Shown here: piece after piece, positions 62,169-64,000 of the stretch
How the letters are laid out: each line of letters begins with the position of its first letter
Numbering within the stretch: position 1 is the stretch's first letter
From: an uncultured Verrucomicrobiae bacterium
GTDB lineage: Bacteria; Verrucomicrobiota; Verrucomicrobiia; Limisphaerales; UBA11358
Reading direction: 5' to 3'
DNA length: 64,000 nt
Assembly (NCBI GenBank): GCA_963711945.1
Contig: CAVQGB010000013.1
Location: 3,893-67,892, forward strand
Notes under the pieces: model-generated
Told to the model about the DNA's origin: nothing
The model's input: only the letters and a program-made list of their open reading frames with translations
Database searches by the model: none
Made by a program: the position numbers and the translations under genes

Positions 62169-63261
62169 TCAATTAGCCGCGCCCGGCGGCTTGGCGTAAG
62201 GCCGGTCCACGTCCTTCAGCCGCCCGCGCACCATGTCGGCGCGGATGATGTCGCGTTCCTCGGCGGTCAGTTTGTCTGAAAATTGCTTCTGCAAATGCGC
62301 CGGCTGTGTGGTCAAAAACAACTCGTCCACCAGCGACCGCTCCTCTCCGGGAAACAACCCCAGGTCCACGCCCAGACGCATCAGCGAAAGCAAGTTCATC
62401 GTCTCCTTCGACGAAATGCTGTGCGCGTTTGCCAGAATGCCATACGCGCGGCCGATGTGGTTGAACACCACCTTCGGTTTTTTCTCCAGCAACGTCTGCT
62501 GCGCATTTTCCTCATGCTCGATGATCTGCGACATCACTTTTTCGAGCCGCTCGACAATGATCGTTTCGCTTTCGCCGAGCGTCATCTGGTTTGAAACCTG
62601 GAACACGTTGCCGAGCGCCTCGGTGCCTTCGCCGTAAAGTCCGCGCACCGCCAGGCCGAGTTTGTTGACGGACTGGATGATCGGGTTGATCTGCTCCGAC
62701 AAAACCAGCCCCGGCAAATGCAGCATGGCGCTGACGCGGATGCCGGTGCCGAGGTTGGTCGGGCACGCGGTCAAATAGCCCAGCTCGCCGTCAAAGGCGT
62801 AATTCAGTTTTTTCTCCAGCGCGGAATCCAGCCGGTCAATGGCCGTCCATGCCTCGCGGATTTGGAAGCCGGGCCGCAGCGCCTGCATCCGCAAATGATC
62901 CTCCTCGTTGATCATCACAGCAGAAAGATTCCTCGCGGTTCAGGACGAGGCCGCTGCCGGCGCTCTTCGCCGCGTGCTCGCGGCTGATGAGATGCCGCTC
63001 CACCAAAATCTGCTTGTCGAGCACTGTAAAATTGTCCATTCCCTCTGAAAAAGAATCCTTCATCTCCGGCAGGCTCTCCACCGCCGGGCGCACGGTTTCC
63101 AGAACCTTCATGCGCTCCAGTTTTTTGGCCCAGCCGGGAAACGCGAAATCCTGCAAATTGCGCGCCAGCCGCACGCGGCTCGACATCACAATGCGGTCAT
63201 GCGGTCCGTGGCGGCGCGCCGTCTCGGCCGGCGGCCAAAGAAATGCGTGCAGATCCTTCAT
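62169..63261 (-). pseudogene. mcsB: protein arginine kinase McsB (ATP:guanido phosphotransferase); one frame change near 62.9 kb
   Basis: SSRVRLARNLQDFAFPGW lies in the first frame. The second frame reads MINEEDHLRMQAL...LGYLTACPTNLGTGIRVSAMLHLPGL...GLYGEG. Confidence 0.85.
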
Positions 63262-63774
63262 CTTGTCAAATTTTTTGGCGGCGCCGGGCGCTCCGATATT
63301 TCCCTGATTTCATCGCGCAAACGGGCTGCTTCCTCGTAATTTTCCGCCTTGATGGCTTTCTCCAGTTTTTTTTGCAGCGGTCTTCAACCGGTCGGACTGC
63401 TCGCGCGAGGCGCGCAACGCCTCCGGCACCTTGCCGACGTGCCGCGTGCCTTTGTGCATCGTCTTGAGCATGCCCGCCAGGCCTTCCGCGAACGTCTTGT
63501 AACATTCCGGGCAGCCGAGCCGGCCCGACTTTTTGAAATCCGCCTGCGTGAAACCGCAGCGCGGGCATTTCGTCTCGACGCCGCCGACGGCCTGCTCGAT
63601 TTCCTGCGACGCGCCAAGCCCCAGCATCAGGTCCGCGAGCGCGAAGCCCGCCGGGTCATTGACGCCCTTGGCCTTGGCGCAATCCTCGCACAAATCCAGC
63701 TTCTGCATCTTCTCGCCCACGATCTGGGTCAGATGCACCGTCGCCGGTTTCTCGTTGCAAATGGAGCAGAGCAT
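63258..63774 (-). pseudogene. mcsA: McsA-like activator (zinc-ribbon CxxC pairs plus UVR motif); one frame change near 63.38 kb
   Basis: It contains MLCSICNEKPATVHLTQI...LDLCEDCA and CPRCGFT...LGCPECY. After the shift it reads LEKAIKAENYEEAARLRDEIREI (UVR). Its stop overlaps the mcsB ATG (ATGA). Confidence 0.65.
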
Positions 63775-63778
63775 AAAA

Positions 63779-64000
63779 CTATATCGGCTCGCCGGACACT
63801 TTCGTCAAGGCGTGATAATCTTCCTCCAGCCGTCGCGTGATTGGCCCCGGTTTGCCCGTGCCGATGACGCGACCGTCAATCTTCACCACCGGAATCAGTT
63901 CCGCGCCAGTGCCGGTCAGGAAACATTCATCCGCGTTGAACAAATCGTAGCGCGTCAGGTTCGGCTCGGACACTTTCAAGCCCGCCTCCTCCGCCAGTTC
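63779..64000 (-). CDS. class IV aminotransferase (branched-chain amino acid or D-amino acid aminotransferase), C-terminal part; continues beyond window
   Basis: ECFLTGTGAELIPVVKIDGRVIGTGKPGPITRRLEEDY resembles the IlvE/Dat C-terminus. The frame is open to the window end. Confidence 0.65.
   Translation of the reverse strand, partial: ELAEEAGLKVSEPNLTRYDLFNADECFLTGTGAELIPVVKIDGRVIGTGKPGPITRRLEEDYHALTKVSGEPI

Noticed and set aside
1-64000. CRISPR arrays, rRNA genes, and programmed frameshift sites as an explanation for the broken genes.
   Set aside because: I saw no regularly spaced short repeats and no rRNA-like sequence. The frame changes lack slippery heptamers or IS-type A6G motifs and occur many times per gene, which is incompatible with programmed recoding.

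Overview
This is a 64-kb GC-rich chromosomal segment, about 60% GC by eye. It looks PVC/Verrucomicrobiota-like, which is inference only. The grounds are a pseudopilin with an FTLVEMLLVV N-terminus, several Ig-like repeat exoproteins ending in QFY[RQ]L[VM]FP, and a RAYT-type Y1 transposase with an RLRMGTWTHLNHLL tail.

Layout:
(1) 1-9.5 kb holds intact transport and osmo-adaptation genes: a CN-hydrolase (5' partial), an APC permease fused to USP domains, a TM-helix-repeat protein, an SLC13/TrkA-C permease, two MscS channels and DUF2127. It also holds a 73-codon remnant of a trehalose-6-P synthase.
(2) A 20-nt sequence resembling a tRNA 3' end (GATTCCGACCCTCGCCTCCA) occurs three times in direct orientation, ending at 9940, 26880 and 47446. 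These copies delimit two tandem islands.
(3) Island E1 (about 16.9 kb) has a tyrosine integrase, an Xis-like HTH protein, a small HUH Rep-like protein, a g5p-sized protein, and paired TGGCTAAC arm-type repeats at both ends. Its cargo is two paralogous two-gene modules, each a giant secreted beta-helix/Ig-like protein followed by a ~220-aa signal-peptide partner. The second module is N-terminally decapitated next to a RAYT-type element.
(4) Island E2 (about 20.6 kb) has no integrase; an internally deleted IS1-like remnant sits where one would be expected. It carries a sigma54 activator, a FecR/TPR/beta-barrel protein and a CHASE2 hybrid kinase. It also carries three Ig-like exoproteins and a DUF3570-ApbE-TlpA-DUF4266-DsbD cluster. 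Almost every E2 gene is broken by single-base frame changes.
(5) The right flank has korAB, a pseudopilin, a type IIA topoisomerase B/A pair (also multiply frame-broken), an OmpA/MotB-like protein, and a low-GC esterase next to an IS630 remnant. It also has mcsBA and a partial class IV aminotransferase.
(6) gcvP in the right flank is intact but carries two in-frame palindromic insertions.

No rRNA, no CRISPR array and no convincingly foldable tRNA were seen. The ORF track translates alternative start codons as M, so many listed starts were re-picked by eye.
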